From: Azolla caroliniana
Taxonomy: Eukaryota; Plantae; Polypodiophyta
DNA: 64,000 nucleotides
Assembly: GCA_043228905.1 (NCBI GenBank)
Contig: JBHGNT010000004.1
Location: forward strand, 5,580,001-5,644,000
Direction: 5' to 3'
Shown piece after piece: positions 24,124 through 35,005 of the stretch (positions are counted from its first letter, which is position 1; every line of letters begins with the position of its first letter). A program made the position numbers and the translations under genes. The notes below the pieces were generated by a model. The model was not told the origin of the DNA and did no database searches. It saw only the letters and a list, made by a program, of their open reading frames with translations.

Positions 24124-26999
24124 CTAATACGGGAGGCATGCGAGCTTGTGAAGGCGAAAATCGGAGCCGAAGAAGGGCTTGTTATGGAGACGGGCTGGAG
24201 GCAATCGGAGGATGCGGAGGAAGAAGCCTCCCTAGACGAAGAAGACGGGGCCTATACGGAGGCCGGGAGAGCGTACGATGGTGACATGGGAGAGGGTGCG
24301 AAAAGAGCGACTCTCTCGTCTTGCGGCGAATGGACGGCCATGGAGGCCGGTAACTACGGATTCGGGACATGGCAGCCCGAAACATCGAGGGAGGAGGAGA
24401 CAAGCGGCGGTGCCGCGACCTTACACACACCGGTCCTAGAGGCACTGGCGGTCGGCCCGATTGCCGGCGTGAGACCTAGAGCAACGGGCGGCAAGGCGGC
24501 AAGGCGGGCAACCGAGACAACGGTATGGAGACCGTGGAAGAGGAGGCGGCAAGCATAATTGATGCTTGCATATACGGAGGCGGGGTAGCCACGGACGACG
24601 ATGTCCGAATGGAGGTGGCTACGGGCATAGCATCGACGAGCGGTGGCGTTGCTACCTTACACACACCGGTTCAAGAGACCCCGGCGGCCGGCCCGAGTGC
24701 CCGCGTGAGACTTAGGGTAATGAACGGTGGCGGCGGCAAGGCAGACGACCACGGCGACGATGTGGGAGAGGGTGCGGAGTGAGCGACCCTCTCGACTTGT
24801 GGAAAGAGGACGACCATGGATGAGGCCGATATCTACGGAGCAATGGACGCCACTTCGAGAGTGGGTGAAAGTTTCGGGACGCGGTTGCCCGAAACGTTCT
24901 ACGAGGATTTCGCGAGCATACTCGAGGCTTGCGAAATCGAGGAAGAAGAGGAGACGAGCGGCGGTGCCGCGACCTTCCACACACCGGTCCTAGAGACTCC
25001 GGCAACCGGCCCGAGAGCCGGTGTGAGACCTAGAGAGACGGACGGTGGCGGCGGCAAGGCGGGCAACCGAAATGACGAAGAGGAGGTTTGTAGCGGACGG
25101 AGGCGAGATCCCTCGACACCGGGGCCAGAGACTTTGGCGGTTGCGCCCGAGCGCGGACATAAGACCGGGGAGATGGGCGGTGGCCGTGAGGATGAGAGGC
25201 CCGGAGTGGGCACATGCGAAAAGACCGAAGGAGAGGTCCGGAGCGGCATCGAGGAGCGAGTCGGGAACCGACCCGACAGAAAGATGAGCCGGTCGGTAAT
25301 CCGACCCGACCGGGAGGCGGAGCGGAAGAAGAGTGAAGCGGGGGCTGGTCAACCGGGCACGAACCGAAGGAAGCCGGCAAGACCGGGATTGTTTGATCGA
25401 TTCGTAGCCGACGGGGTACGGTTACGGTGGGAGCCGGTGAGAGCGAGAAGGAGGCCTAGTGGGCACGGTGATCACGGCTTGCTAGAAGACCGAGAGCGAG
25501 AGGGACCTTCCACACCCATTCTAGAGACTTCGGCGGTTGCGGATCAACGTGAGACCGGAGAGACGGCGGGTGGCGGCGAGGAGTTGGAGACCGACGCGGA
25601 GGTCGGGTCTACGGCGGAAGCATGACACGAGACGCATGCAATACGGCCGGTGGAGGGCCAAGACACAAGCATGCATACGGCGGATGGGCGACAACGATTG
25701 ACCGACGATGACGGTCGGGTCAAGCCTTCGAGAGGCAAGCGCGGGACGAAGGACGGCGCGGCGAAACACCAAGATCGACGACATGGGCCGAGCGCGATCG
25801 GCATGAGCGGAGAGTCGTATCTAGGAAAACGGAGGAGATGCGCCGAGAACAACGGGGCACACACCGGGAAGAGAAAGCGCGGCGGCTTCCCAGAGGGCAT
25901 ACAAGGCCAAGCGGGCCAAGAGGGCGCAAGTCGAGACGAGGCGATAACGAGAGCCTCGAGGGACACCGACACGGAGGTCGGGATGACGATACGCTCTACT
26001 ACAAGAGAGCACGGCGAAAAAGGGGAAAGCGAAAAACGCGTGATGGGGTCATCGAAGGACCGAAGCACGAGCACACATTCGGAGGGCAACATTGACATAC
26101 GGGGAAAGCCTACGGAAGGCAAGCGCGGAGCGGAGAGAGTCGGCACGCCGAGGCGTGCGGCACGCAAAGGGTGGAATCCGGCATGCGACCAGAAGCGCAT
26201 CCGGGGGATATACGAGGCGGACAAAGGAAGAGCAACCGGGTCGGCGACGACGTTCGGGAGGACCGAACGGGGAGGAAAGCACGGGCATCGGATACGGCGG
26301 GTCGGATGTAGTCAGTGGTTCAAGGACCCACGGTGGACGTGGCGGATCGGGTGGAGGCAACGACTCGGCGAACATCGTCGAGTGTGGCGGATCGGATGGC
26401 GCCGACGGTGTCGTGCCTTTCGGCTCCGGATCGTTGCGTGAGTCGGGTGGGAACCACTGGGGTTTTGGACTAGGAAGAAGAGAGTTTTAAGGCTAATAAG
26501 AATATAAATATGTTGTAAGAAAGAGTTATAGCAAACTCGTGAATCCCACGAGTGTATTGTATTAGATTAATCAATATGAATATAAGAATATAAACTTCGG
26601 TTGAAAGAGAATGATATAGAATTCTCGTGAATCCCACGAGTATAGTTTATTAATTGGTGTTTTTTAGAAACATATCCAGTTTCCAAATATTTTTCACACG
26701 CCTATTACATTGTGCTCCCCATCCTTATGTAGTGATGGGAGAGACTAAGCATAGCTACATGCTTTTTTTTTCTAATATGTTCATGCACACTAAATGTGCA
26801 TGTGATGCTTTTCTAATCCTTGCTTTTATTTGCTAAATATAGTGCTCATGCACGCTAGATGTGCATGAGTCACTTTTTAGTTGCTTGCGTTTTTCTATAA
26901 AATATTCACACACTCTAAAAATGCATGATTTACCTTTTAATAAAGGTAGGCGTAAATAAAGCAATTATACTTATTAAATCTATTTATAGAACACTAAAG

Positions 27000-27067
27000 A
27001 TAAGGTAGCATAATGGTAAAGTTGAAGATTGTCTACGTGGAGGTACAAGGTTCAAATCTTGCCTTAT
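27000..27067 (+). ncRNA. tRNA-like (Pol III A/B box) cassette in LTR U3; second copy at 29819-29886
   Basis: ATAAGG TAGCATAATGGTA ... CAAGGTTCAAATCTTG CCTTAT: A box, B box, T-stem and a 6-bp acceptor-like stem; no clean anticodon arm. Confidence 0.55.
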
Positions 27068-27160
27068 GCACGTGATAAATATCTTGATATTCTTATTTTA
27101 TTTATTGGTGATAAATATCTTGATATTCTTATTTTATTTATTTATATGTAATTAAATCGG

Positions 27161-29188
27161 TTATATTATTTTTACTTTTTCACGTAGTGTATGAAATACA
27201 CTACGACACTCGCCCCCTCCGAACCCGCACATCCTCCGGTATGTGCCGAAGTTGCCGATGCTCGTTGTCTCCCCTTCATCCTCCGTTTGTCCCGCTATGT
27301 CAACTTTGTCTCTCCATTTTGAGTAGACCCATTCTTTCCACCCGAACCATTGTTGCCATCCGATCCAGCATATTCTTTGTTCTCTCTCGTCATATTCTTG
27401 GCCCTTGTCATTCGTGGTAGTGTCTTTTACTGGCCTCTTTCTTGTCTTCATCAACCTTGACTTTTTTCCGGATCGCTCTCGTCCGATCGACTTTCGGTTT
27501 GATCGGCTTCCGATCGGATTCGTATTCGGCCGAATCGGAATCGGTTGTTCGGTTTCGATTGAGTCGGTCCCCTTCCGGCCCGGTTTCGATCTATCGGTTT
27601 TGGTTTCGGTTGGCTTTCTTTTCCTCGTTTTCACCAGCCTCGACCGGTCCAACCTACGATTGAGTCGGATTAGCTTCTTTCCGGATCGGTCTCGTCCGAT
27701 TGGCTTTCGGCTAGGTCGGCTTCCATCCATATTCGCGTTCGGCCAAGTCAGACTCGGTCGATCGGTTTTGACCGATTCGACCCCTTTTCGGGTCGGCTTT
27801 CTTTCGGGTCGTCTTTCGGCCGAATCCTCATTCGCCCGGTTCGGCTTTCGTTTGTGTCGTCTTTCGGCCGAATTCTCTTCCTTTCGGTTCGGCTTTATTT
27901 CGGATCGGAATCCCGTCTGGATCACCTTCCATCCTAATTGGCTTCCGACTTTACCTTTCTTGCCGCCACCTCCCGTCTCTCCGGTCTCACGTTGCTTCTC
28001 AGACACAACCGCCGAAGTCTCTAGGATTAGTGGGCAGGAATCCTCGGTATTATCATCCTCCATTGTTTGACCCATAGCCATATTCTCGGCTATCTCTCTG
28101 TCGTATGCATCGACTTCGACCTTTGTTTTCTCTCCGCCACCTTCCGTCTCTTCGGTCTCACGTTGCCTTTCGAACGCAACCGCCGGAGTCTCTGGAATTA
28201 GTGGTGGGGAAGTCTCGATATGGCCATCCGTCGTTGATTCGTCCATAGCCACCTTCGATTCGATGTCATCTTTCGTGGCGACCTCCTCAATCAAGTCCTC
28301 CTTGCTCTTTTTCACTGCATCAATTATGCAAACATCAATTATGCTTACCCCTTTTTCACCCGATGTTTCGGACACTTGTATTCCGAAATCTTCTTCTACA
28401 CTTGGGTTATCGGCCTTATCCTTCACTGTCGTTCTTTCGCAAGATAAGAGGGTAGCTTGTTTTACACCCTCTTCCGTCACACCATCATGTTGTATTTCGG
28501 CCTTCATATCGGCTCCATCGTTTGTCTTCAATCGACCATCCTTCATCGGCCATGTCGTTGACAAGATTCTCATCTTCCTCTCATCATGTCTCCGGCATAC
28601 CCTTTCGACTTTGGCCCAATCCTCGGTAAGACCGTTCGCACCGTCATCATCTTCGAGTTTGATCCCGATGTCCATCCTTTCTTTTCGATCGATCGATTTT
28701 ACGAACATTAGGACTTTATCCTCCCCCACCAATCGTTGTTCCCGCTCTGAGAGTTGAGCAAGACGATGCTCGAACTCTAGGAATGCTTGTGTTGCACTTC
28801 GGTGGGTCTTCTCCGATGCCACCCATTTGTCAAACTTGCGTTGATCTCGTCCCTTCGATCTCTCATAGTCATATGCCTCTCGTAAAGCTTCTTCAAAGGA
28901 CCCCCATGTTGGATTTTGTTGCCGTATCTTGTAGATTCTTTCTTGTAACTCATCCGTGGCTACCCGATTGAAGGATGTCACTTGCAATCCTTCCGGTATC
29001 CCACATCGTATCATCTCCGCCTTGTAGTCACGTAGATAGCGTGACACATCGTTTCCGTTGAATTGTCCGTTTCGTTGTACGAGCCGCTTTACTGCCCCCG
29101 TGATCTCCGACATCACTCGTTGTTCTTGTAGCATCCGCTCGAACATCATCATCATCGTTATACTCATTGCCTCTTGTTGATTCTCCAT
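27161..29188 (-). CDS. gag-like protein with acidic, basic and Trp-rich tail, 675 aa; stop codon lies inside the 3' LTR
   Basis: Open ORF starting with an ATG 17 nt after the PBS. The N-terminal ~200 aa looks like a helical capsid domain (FNGNDVSRYLRDY..TWGSFEEALREAY). No CCHC, PR, RT or IN motifs. Confidence 0.75.
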   Translation of the reverse strand: MENQQEAMSITMMMMFERMLQEQRVMSEITGAVKRLVQRNGQFNGNDVSRYLRDYKAEMIRCGIPEGLQVTSFNRVATDELQERIYKIRQQNPTWGSFEEALREAYDYERSKGRDQRKFDKWVASEKTHRSATQAFLEFEHRLAQLSEREQRLVGEDKVLMFVKSIDRKERMDIGIKLEDDDGANGLTEDWAKVERVCRRHDERKMRILSTTWPMKDGRLKTNDGADMKAEIQHDGVTEEGVKQATLLSCERTTVKDKADNPSVEEDFGIQVSETSGEKGVSIIDVCIIDAVKKSKEDLIEEVATKDDIESKVAMDESTTDGHIETSPPLIPETPAVAFERQRETEETEGGGEKTKVEVDAYDREIAENMAMGQTMEDDNTEDSCPLILETSAVVSEKQRETGETGGGGKKGKVGSQLGWKVIQTGFRSEIKPNRKEENSAERRHKRKPNRANEDSAERRPERKPTRKGVESVKTDRPSLTWPNANMDGSRPSRKPIGRDRSGKKLIRLNRRLDRSRLVKTRKRKPTETKTDRSKPGRKGTDSIETEQPIPIRPNTNPIGSRSNRKSIGRERSGKKSRLMKTRKRPVKDTTTNDKGQEYDEREQRICWIGWQQWFGWKEWVYSKWRDKVDIAGQTEDEGETTSIGNFGTYRRMCGFGGGECRSVFHTLREKVKII

Positions 29189-30920
29189 CTCCTTGCCACC
29201 CGCCTTCACGTCGGGTTCACCAACTGTGTCGTGCCTTTCGGCTCCGGATCGTTGCGTGAGTCGGGTGGGAACCACTGGGGTTTTGGACTAGGAAGAAGAG
29301 AGTTTTAAGGCTAATAAGAATATAAATATGTTGTAAGAAAGAGTTATAGCAAACTCGTGAATCCCACGAGTGTATTGTATTAGATTAATCAATATGAATA
29401 TAAGAATATAAACTTCGGTTGAAAGAGAATGATATAGAATTCTCGTGAATCCCACGAGTATATTTTATTGATTGTTGGTGTTTTAGGAAATATATCCAAT
29501 TTCCCAAATATTTTTCACACCTATTACATTGTGCTCCCCATCCTTATGTAGTGATGGGAGAGACTAAGCATAGCTACATGCTTTTTTTTTCTAATATGTT
29601 CATGCACACTAAATGTGCATGTGATGCTTTTCTAATCCTTGCTTTTATTTGCTAAATATAGTGCTCATGCACGCTAGATGTGCATGAGTCACTTTTTAGT
29701 TGCTTGCGTTTTTCTATAAAATATTCACACACTCTAAAAATGCATGATTTACCTTTTAATAAAGGTAGGCGTAAATAAAGCAATTATACTTATTAAATCT
29801 ATTTATAGAACACTAAAGATAAGGTAGCATAATGGTAAAGTTGAAGATTGTCTACGTGGAGGTATAAGGTTCAAATCTTGCCTTATGCACGTGATAAATA
29901 TCTTGATATTCTTATTTTATTTATTGGTGATAAATATCTTGATATTCTTATTTTATTTATTTATATGTAATTAAATCGGTTATATTATTTTTACTTTTTC
30001 ACGTAGTGTATGAAATACACTACGACAACGGTTCGAGACCATTCGGCGAGGATGGTGGGCCGGAAGGCGGCGGTGGTTCGTGTGGACAGGGTGGTCTTGC
30101 TCGAAGTGGAAGACAAAGTCGGGCGGGCCCACGAGGATGCTAAGGACTCGGTCGGTCGTCATGGCCGAAAATCTTGTGTTCTCTCCCCTATGTTTTGGCA
30201 CATACCGGAGGATGTGCGGTTAGGTGGGGGCGGATGTCGTGAAGATTTTCGTCCACAAGCGGAAACCCGAGCAACGAGAGCCAAAGAGCGATGTGCAACG
30301 TTGCACATGTACATAATGTATTTGTAATAGTAATAAAGGTATAAAGGTGATGTGGTTGTACGCACATCCACGCGAGAGAGAGAGAGAGAGAGGTACTATG
30401 CGGTACATAGGTACCTAGTTGTTTGTGAGGAGGTGGGAGTTAAGGGGCCATCAATCTCACCCTCCCCCAAATCAAGGCAAATATCCCCTTTGAATGAAAG
30501 GGGATATTTTAGTCTCACTTTTGTAAGCGGTCTTCCCTCCTTGTGCTATAAAAGGAGAGAGAAGGCACCATTGTGGGGGTTGCCTATTTTGAGTGTGCGA
30601 GGTATACCACATAGGTCGAGCGTTAGGGTTCGGTTAGGGTTTTCTTCTTGGGTTTTCCTTTAGGGTTTTCTTATAGTCGTTTGGTGCGGCCATGGCGGCC
30701 ACCATTGTAAAGCGTTTATGTTTTCTTAATCGAACTTCTTGTTGAGTATCTTGACTCCATCTTCTTCATCTTCTTCTATCATAATGTCATATTCATTCTC
30801 TTCTCCTCTTGAGCTATGAGCTAATCTTCCATTCGTTGTCTTAACCTTTCTCCTCTTCTCCCTAGTCCAAGATCCCCGTGGTCCCGCCCCTTCTACACGC
30901 ACGCGCGTAACAACGTGACA

Positions 30921-31890
30921 ACGTGGTTGCCGACTATTTGAGCCCGTTAGAAACCGGCGAGACCTGTTATGGCGTACCAGATGACTTTTCAGACGTTGAA
31001 CTGTTTAAAATCATGAAAGAAACCACGGCAGATAGGACAGTTCTAGACGAGGACAAATGGCTAACAAACATGCATCAGTTCTTAAGCACAGGATTACCAC
31101 CGGGAAGAGATGAACAGGGACGAGCGGAAACGATTGGCGGTCCAAAGCCGGCATTTTTGTTTATTACAGGACACCCTATACCACAAGGGAGTCGATGGGA
31201 TATGGCGGAGAGATGAAAAGGACACCATATTACGGGAAGCACATTGCGGAGTCGCCGGAGGACACTATGTTTGTGAAGCTACAACAAGAAAGATATGGCG
31301 CAGTGGGCTATGGTGGCCAATGACATTGAAAGATTCAGTCTGATATATGAAGGAATGTGATTTGTGTCAACGAATGGGCTAATCGACAGAACAGGCGCGG
31401 ATGCCTCACCAGCCGGTGCAACCCTTGGAACCATTTCAAAAATGGGGGATGGACTTCGTCGGACCATTCAAGCCGCCAGCCATGCGAACCGGCAACAAAT
31501 ACGTCATTGTCGCTACGGATTACTACACCAAGTGGGTAGAGGCCAAGGCTTTGCGCGACAATACCGCAGCATCAACAGCGAAGTTCCTTTACGAATACAT
31601 TTGGTGCCGTTACGGATGTCCCATCGAATTAATTAGCGACCAGGGTGGACACTTCCTCGACCAAGTAGTGGAGAGCCTAACAACGTTCTACACGGTAGTA
31701 CACAAGCACAGCACTCTGTACTACCTGGAGGCCAATGGATTGGCCGAGTCCACAAACAAGACACTACAGAACATCCTCCAGAAGATCGTCAACGAGAACT
31801 GGACCGATTGGGACACGAAGTTGCACAGTGCATTATGGGCTACCGGATGGCATATAAAACAAGCATCAGGACAACACCATTCCGGTTAGT
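30921..31890 (+). pseudogene. gypsy integrase (HHCC and DDE core), C-terminus missing
   Basis: REAHCGVAGGHY, CDLCQR, PFQKWGMDFVGP, ATDYYTKWVEA, ISDQGGHF and ANGLAESTNK. Confidence 0.93.
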
Positions 31891-31987
31891 GAACGGGCAC
31901 TTTGAAAATGTGTGGTTGGTGGCTAATTAAAGCCTCTTTAAAAGCCGAGCATGTGTCAACCGACTACTATAATAGTACACGACGTGC

Positions 31988-34856
31988 ATGCATGGGAATC
32001 AAGAAAAGGCGCCAAGCATGGAGAGACAAAACCTCCGCCTCACAAAGTCCCTCTCATTTCGCAAGAACAGAGCACTAAGTGCACACAACCGATTAAGAGT
32101 GATCAAACGAACGCAAGAGGAACGCACATACGTACTAATCCTACCAAGTCCCATAGACTCAAATGGCGAGATGGAACACATGGCACTCTCGGAAGTAGCC
32201 AAGAAATGGTTCAAACAACATGACTTGGAAGGGTTCCTAAGAATCGTCGAGGCACCTCCGCACAGCGAGGCAGAGAAAGTCGTGCAGGAGATCAATACGG
32301 AGGTCATCACAGAAGAGGCCATCTGCGCCATGACCGGCCTACTAGAGGGTGGATTATTCTCGATCGACAACCCTTCCCCGCAGATGCTCACGAAGTTCTT
32401 CGGTGAGTACTCCCTGGCCAGCAAGGTGTACCGCACGCAAGGTGGCCAGGACGTTCTATTCTGAGAGGTTGCTCGTGTGCTTCATGAGTATGGGCATGTA
32501 CACCCTTGACCAAAGAATATAAAGACTTATGAGGGGGTACAGGTGGATTGGCCGGTGATCATCACTGACAATCTGAGCGCGACCATAGCCTCAGTAAAGG
32601 ATGGCAAGAAGATGTGGACGGCGGTGGCGCAATGGCTCACCCTTTTAGCGCCACCGGTAGAGCCGATGTGGCCGAAGAAGCGGGGGAGACCGACTGAATC
32701 AACCCCCAACCAATCGTCAAAAAGGCAGCAACTACTGGCTAAACATGCGATCGGATGGAAAGCGGTCGGCTCCTCACAGAAGGCGAAGGAGCAGCCTAGC
32801 CAGAAGCGTACGGTAGAGAAGGAGACACCGGTGGAAACACCGATGAGACCCTTAAAAATTAAGTTGCGCCGACCCGAACCACAATTGGAACAACCACAAG
32901 AGCAAGACCCCTTGGCGGCGTTAATCAATAGCGACACCCTAGCAGAGGAGCAGGAAGAAGAACCTGTCGAGCCCCTAGTACGTCGCAAATAGACACACGA
33001 CGAGGGCCACAGAGGGGAGGAATCAAGTCCAGTAAGGGACAGTATACCAAAGCCCCGCCCCAAGGAGCCGCAACCAAGGGAGGAGTCAGAACCGGGTCAA
33101 TCAGAGCCAGTGTTATTAGCACCTGTGTGAAAAGAAATAACGGAACCGGATGTTCAAAAACCGGTGATTGAATTGTCGGTGTCGCCAACGCAACAGCAAC
33201 AGCAAGAACAGGAATTGTCGCTAACCACCCAGAAGAGGTTCCCGACGAGTGAAGAAGCCACCCCACAACCAGAACCAGCACGGCAACAAAGCACCGGCAG
33301 CCAATGGCTACGGTGGATAGGAGAGCAAGTGACCGGGGTGGTGTGCCACATAGAAGCAGAAGAGAGGGCACATATGGACCGGTTGCTCACCACAACCGAA
33401 GAACTAGAGAAGGCCAGGTCGAGAATCCGGAGCATGGAACAAGAAGTGGAAAGGACCAGAGAAGAAGCGGCGAAGCTGGTCATCGAAGGACCACAACAAT
33501 TCGAACTGGTGGCACCGGTGAGTGTATAGAATAATAAGACCTCGGTGACTGAAACAGTTCCAGATAAGAATAAGGCACAGGAACAAGAACTCGCCACGCT
33601 GAAAGAAGAATTGGAAGCCCAAGAGGCATTAAAGGCTAGAGAACGTGAAGGGAAGAAGGCGGCGGAGGAAGAACAAAGAAAATTAGCCGAAAGTCTCCGA
33701 CGAGTCGAAGAAAGCCTGCGTAAAGGTCATCAAGCATATGACCGGCTGAAGGAAGAAAAAGAAAATCTCCTGCAGGAAAAGGACAAACTTTGGCACTTGG
33801 CGGAAGTAGAGATCGAGCGACTCAAGGAAGAGCTCTGACAACAAAAGGACCGGAAAGACCATGCTCGCCGTCTGATCAATCAAAGGCTGAAACAAAAAAT
33901 AGACGACTTTGATCGGCTGCACCGGGATCACAAACATTTGGATGCGAAACACAAGAAATTGATCACTGAAAGTGACCGGCAGTAGGAGAAGTTACAGGAA
34001 CTTCGGGATGAGGTTAACCGGACCGTGGCAGCCTTGGTAGCGGAACAGTCGAAGGGGGCTGAAGCAGCGAAACGACTGGGGGAAGCGGCGAAATAACGAA
34101 TAGAGCTAACCCGGCAGCACTCGAAGGCAACAGAGCGGGCTACAATGGCTCTGAACAAAGTTCATACGACCTATTAGACACAGCTCATCCACTACAAAAG
34201 CCAAGAAGCGGCAATCGCGAGCCTTATCAAACAATTGAAAGACGAAAAACAGGTTGCAGAGAATAAGTCGAAGATGGAGCTGGGGCGAATCCGGGATCTG
34301 GTGCGGACATGGAGAGACTAGACGAAGAGACTGGTGGAAGAAATTTCAGTTCAATGGTGGTCTCAATGGGCTAAGCAGGCACCGGAGTTACAATTGCTGA
34401 GAGCGGATGCGGAGAACCGGCAGAAGGACGACGACGATTTCTATAAACTAGACGAGGAAAACATTGTAGCCATAAGGGAGGAATTGTCGGACGACTTCCT
34501 ATCGTTATCCGGGGACCAATTGGCGGCGGTGAGGCGATTGGTGGAACAATTGGACGACGACCAGCTGGATACCCAACTCCAGCTCGAGCAATATGAACAC
34601 AAATGGCGACAGCCAGAAGTGGTGAGAAGAACTACGGCGATTAATATCAGTGATGAAGAGCAATGTTCGGAGCAGGCGTCGAATGAAGCCGAAGTTGGGG
34701 GAAGTCAGCTAAACATAACTCCAAAGGAGCAGCCGAAGGATGGAAACCTGCACACTGGAAACCATCAGCAGGACGAGCCCAAACCAATAAAACCATAACC
34801 GGAAGCCTCGGGACCAGTCGAACCGGAGATACCAAAGGAGGAGCAGCAGCAATAGG
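31988..34856 (+). pseudogene. Extra 3' ORF of the gypsy element (~950 codons; E/K/R-rich coiled-coil-like C-half)
   Basis: ORFs at 31988, 32543, 33164, 33545 and 34334 are all in the same frame, separated by point stops, and lie between the integrase and the 3' LTR. Confidence 0.75.
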
Positions 34857-35005
34857 AGCAAGAGCAGGAGCATCAACGGACGATGGAGCAGCTACCCGAG
34901 GAGCCTTTAGAACCCTTGGACTAGAGCATTCTTGACATTTTGGAAGAAGAGTGAAGGGCGAACCATGGGATTCAATGTACAAGGTACTGTCCCACGAGCA
35001 TGCCA

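Larger units (their letters stand above)
18144..26408 (+). pseudogene. gag-like ORF plus repetitive acidic/basic extension of Trp-PBS copy A (interrupted by copia 18659-24123; frameshifted)
   Basis: AVKRVVNRVSRFNGDDVPRFLEAYDAEM aligns with copy B AVKRLVQRNGQFNGNDVSRYLRDYKAEM. Repeated TPVLETPA motifs. Confidence 0.75.
26409..30027 (-). mobile_element. Non-autonomous gag-only LTR element, tRNA-Trp PBS (copy B), complete
   Basis: TSD ACGG at 26405-26408 and 30028-30031. LTRs 29227-30027 and 26409-27208 (~800 bp, TGTCG..CGACA). PBS at 29205-29222; PPT GGAGGGGGCGAG at 27209-27220; ~2-kb interior. Confidence 0.93.
12145..30920 (+). mobile_element. Non-autonomous gag-only LTR element, tRNA-Trp PBS (copy A), carrying three nested elements
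   Basis: 4-bp TSD ACGT at 12141-12144 and 30921-30924. 5' LTR 12145-18106 is split by a copia. PBS TGGTGAACCCGACGTGAA 18111-18128; gag-like ORF from 18144; G-rich PPT-like tract ~30222-30234; 3' LTR 30235-30920. No pol motifs seen. Confidence 0.85.

Noticed and set aside
24182-26375. Antisense Pro/Ser/Arg-rich ORFs
   Set aside because: Expected in GC-rich repetitive DNA, with no recognisable domain.
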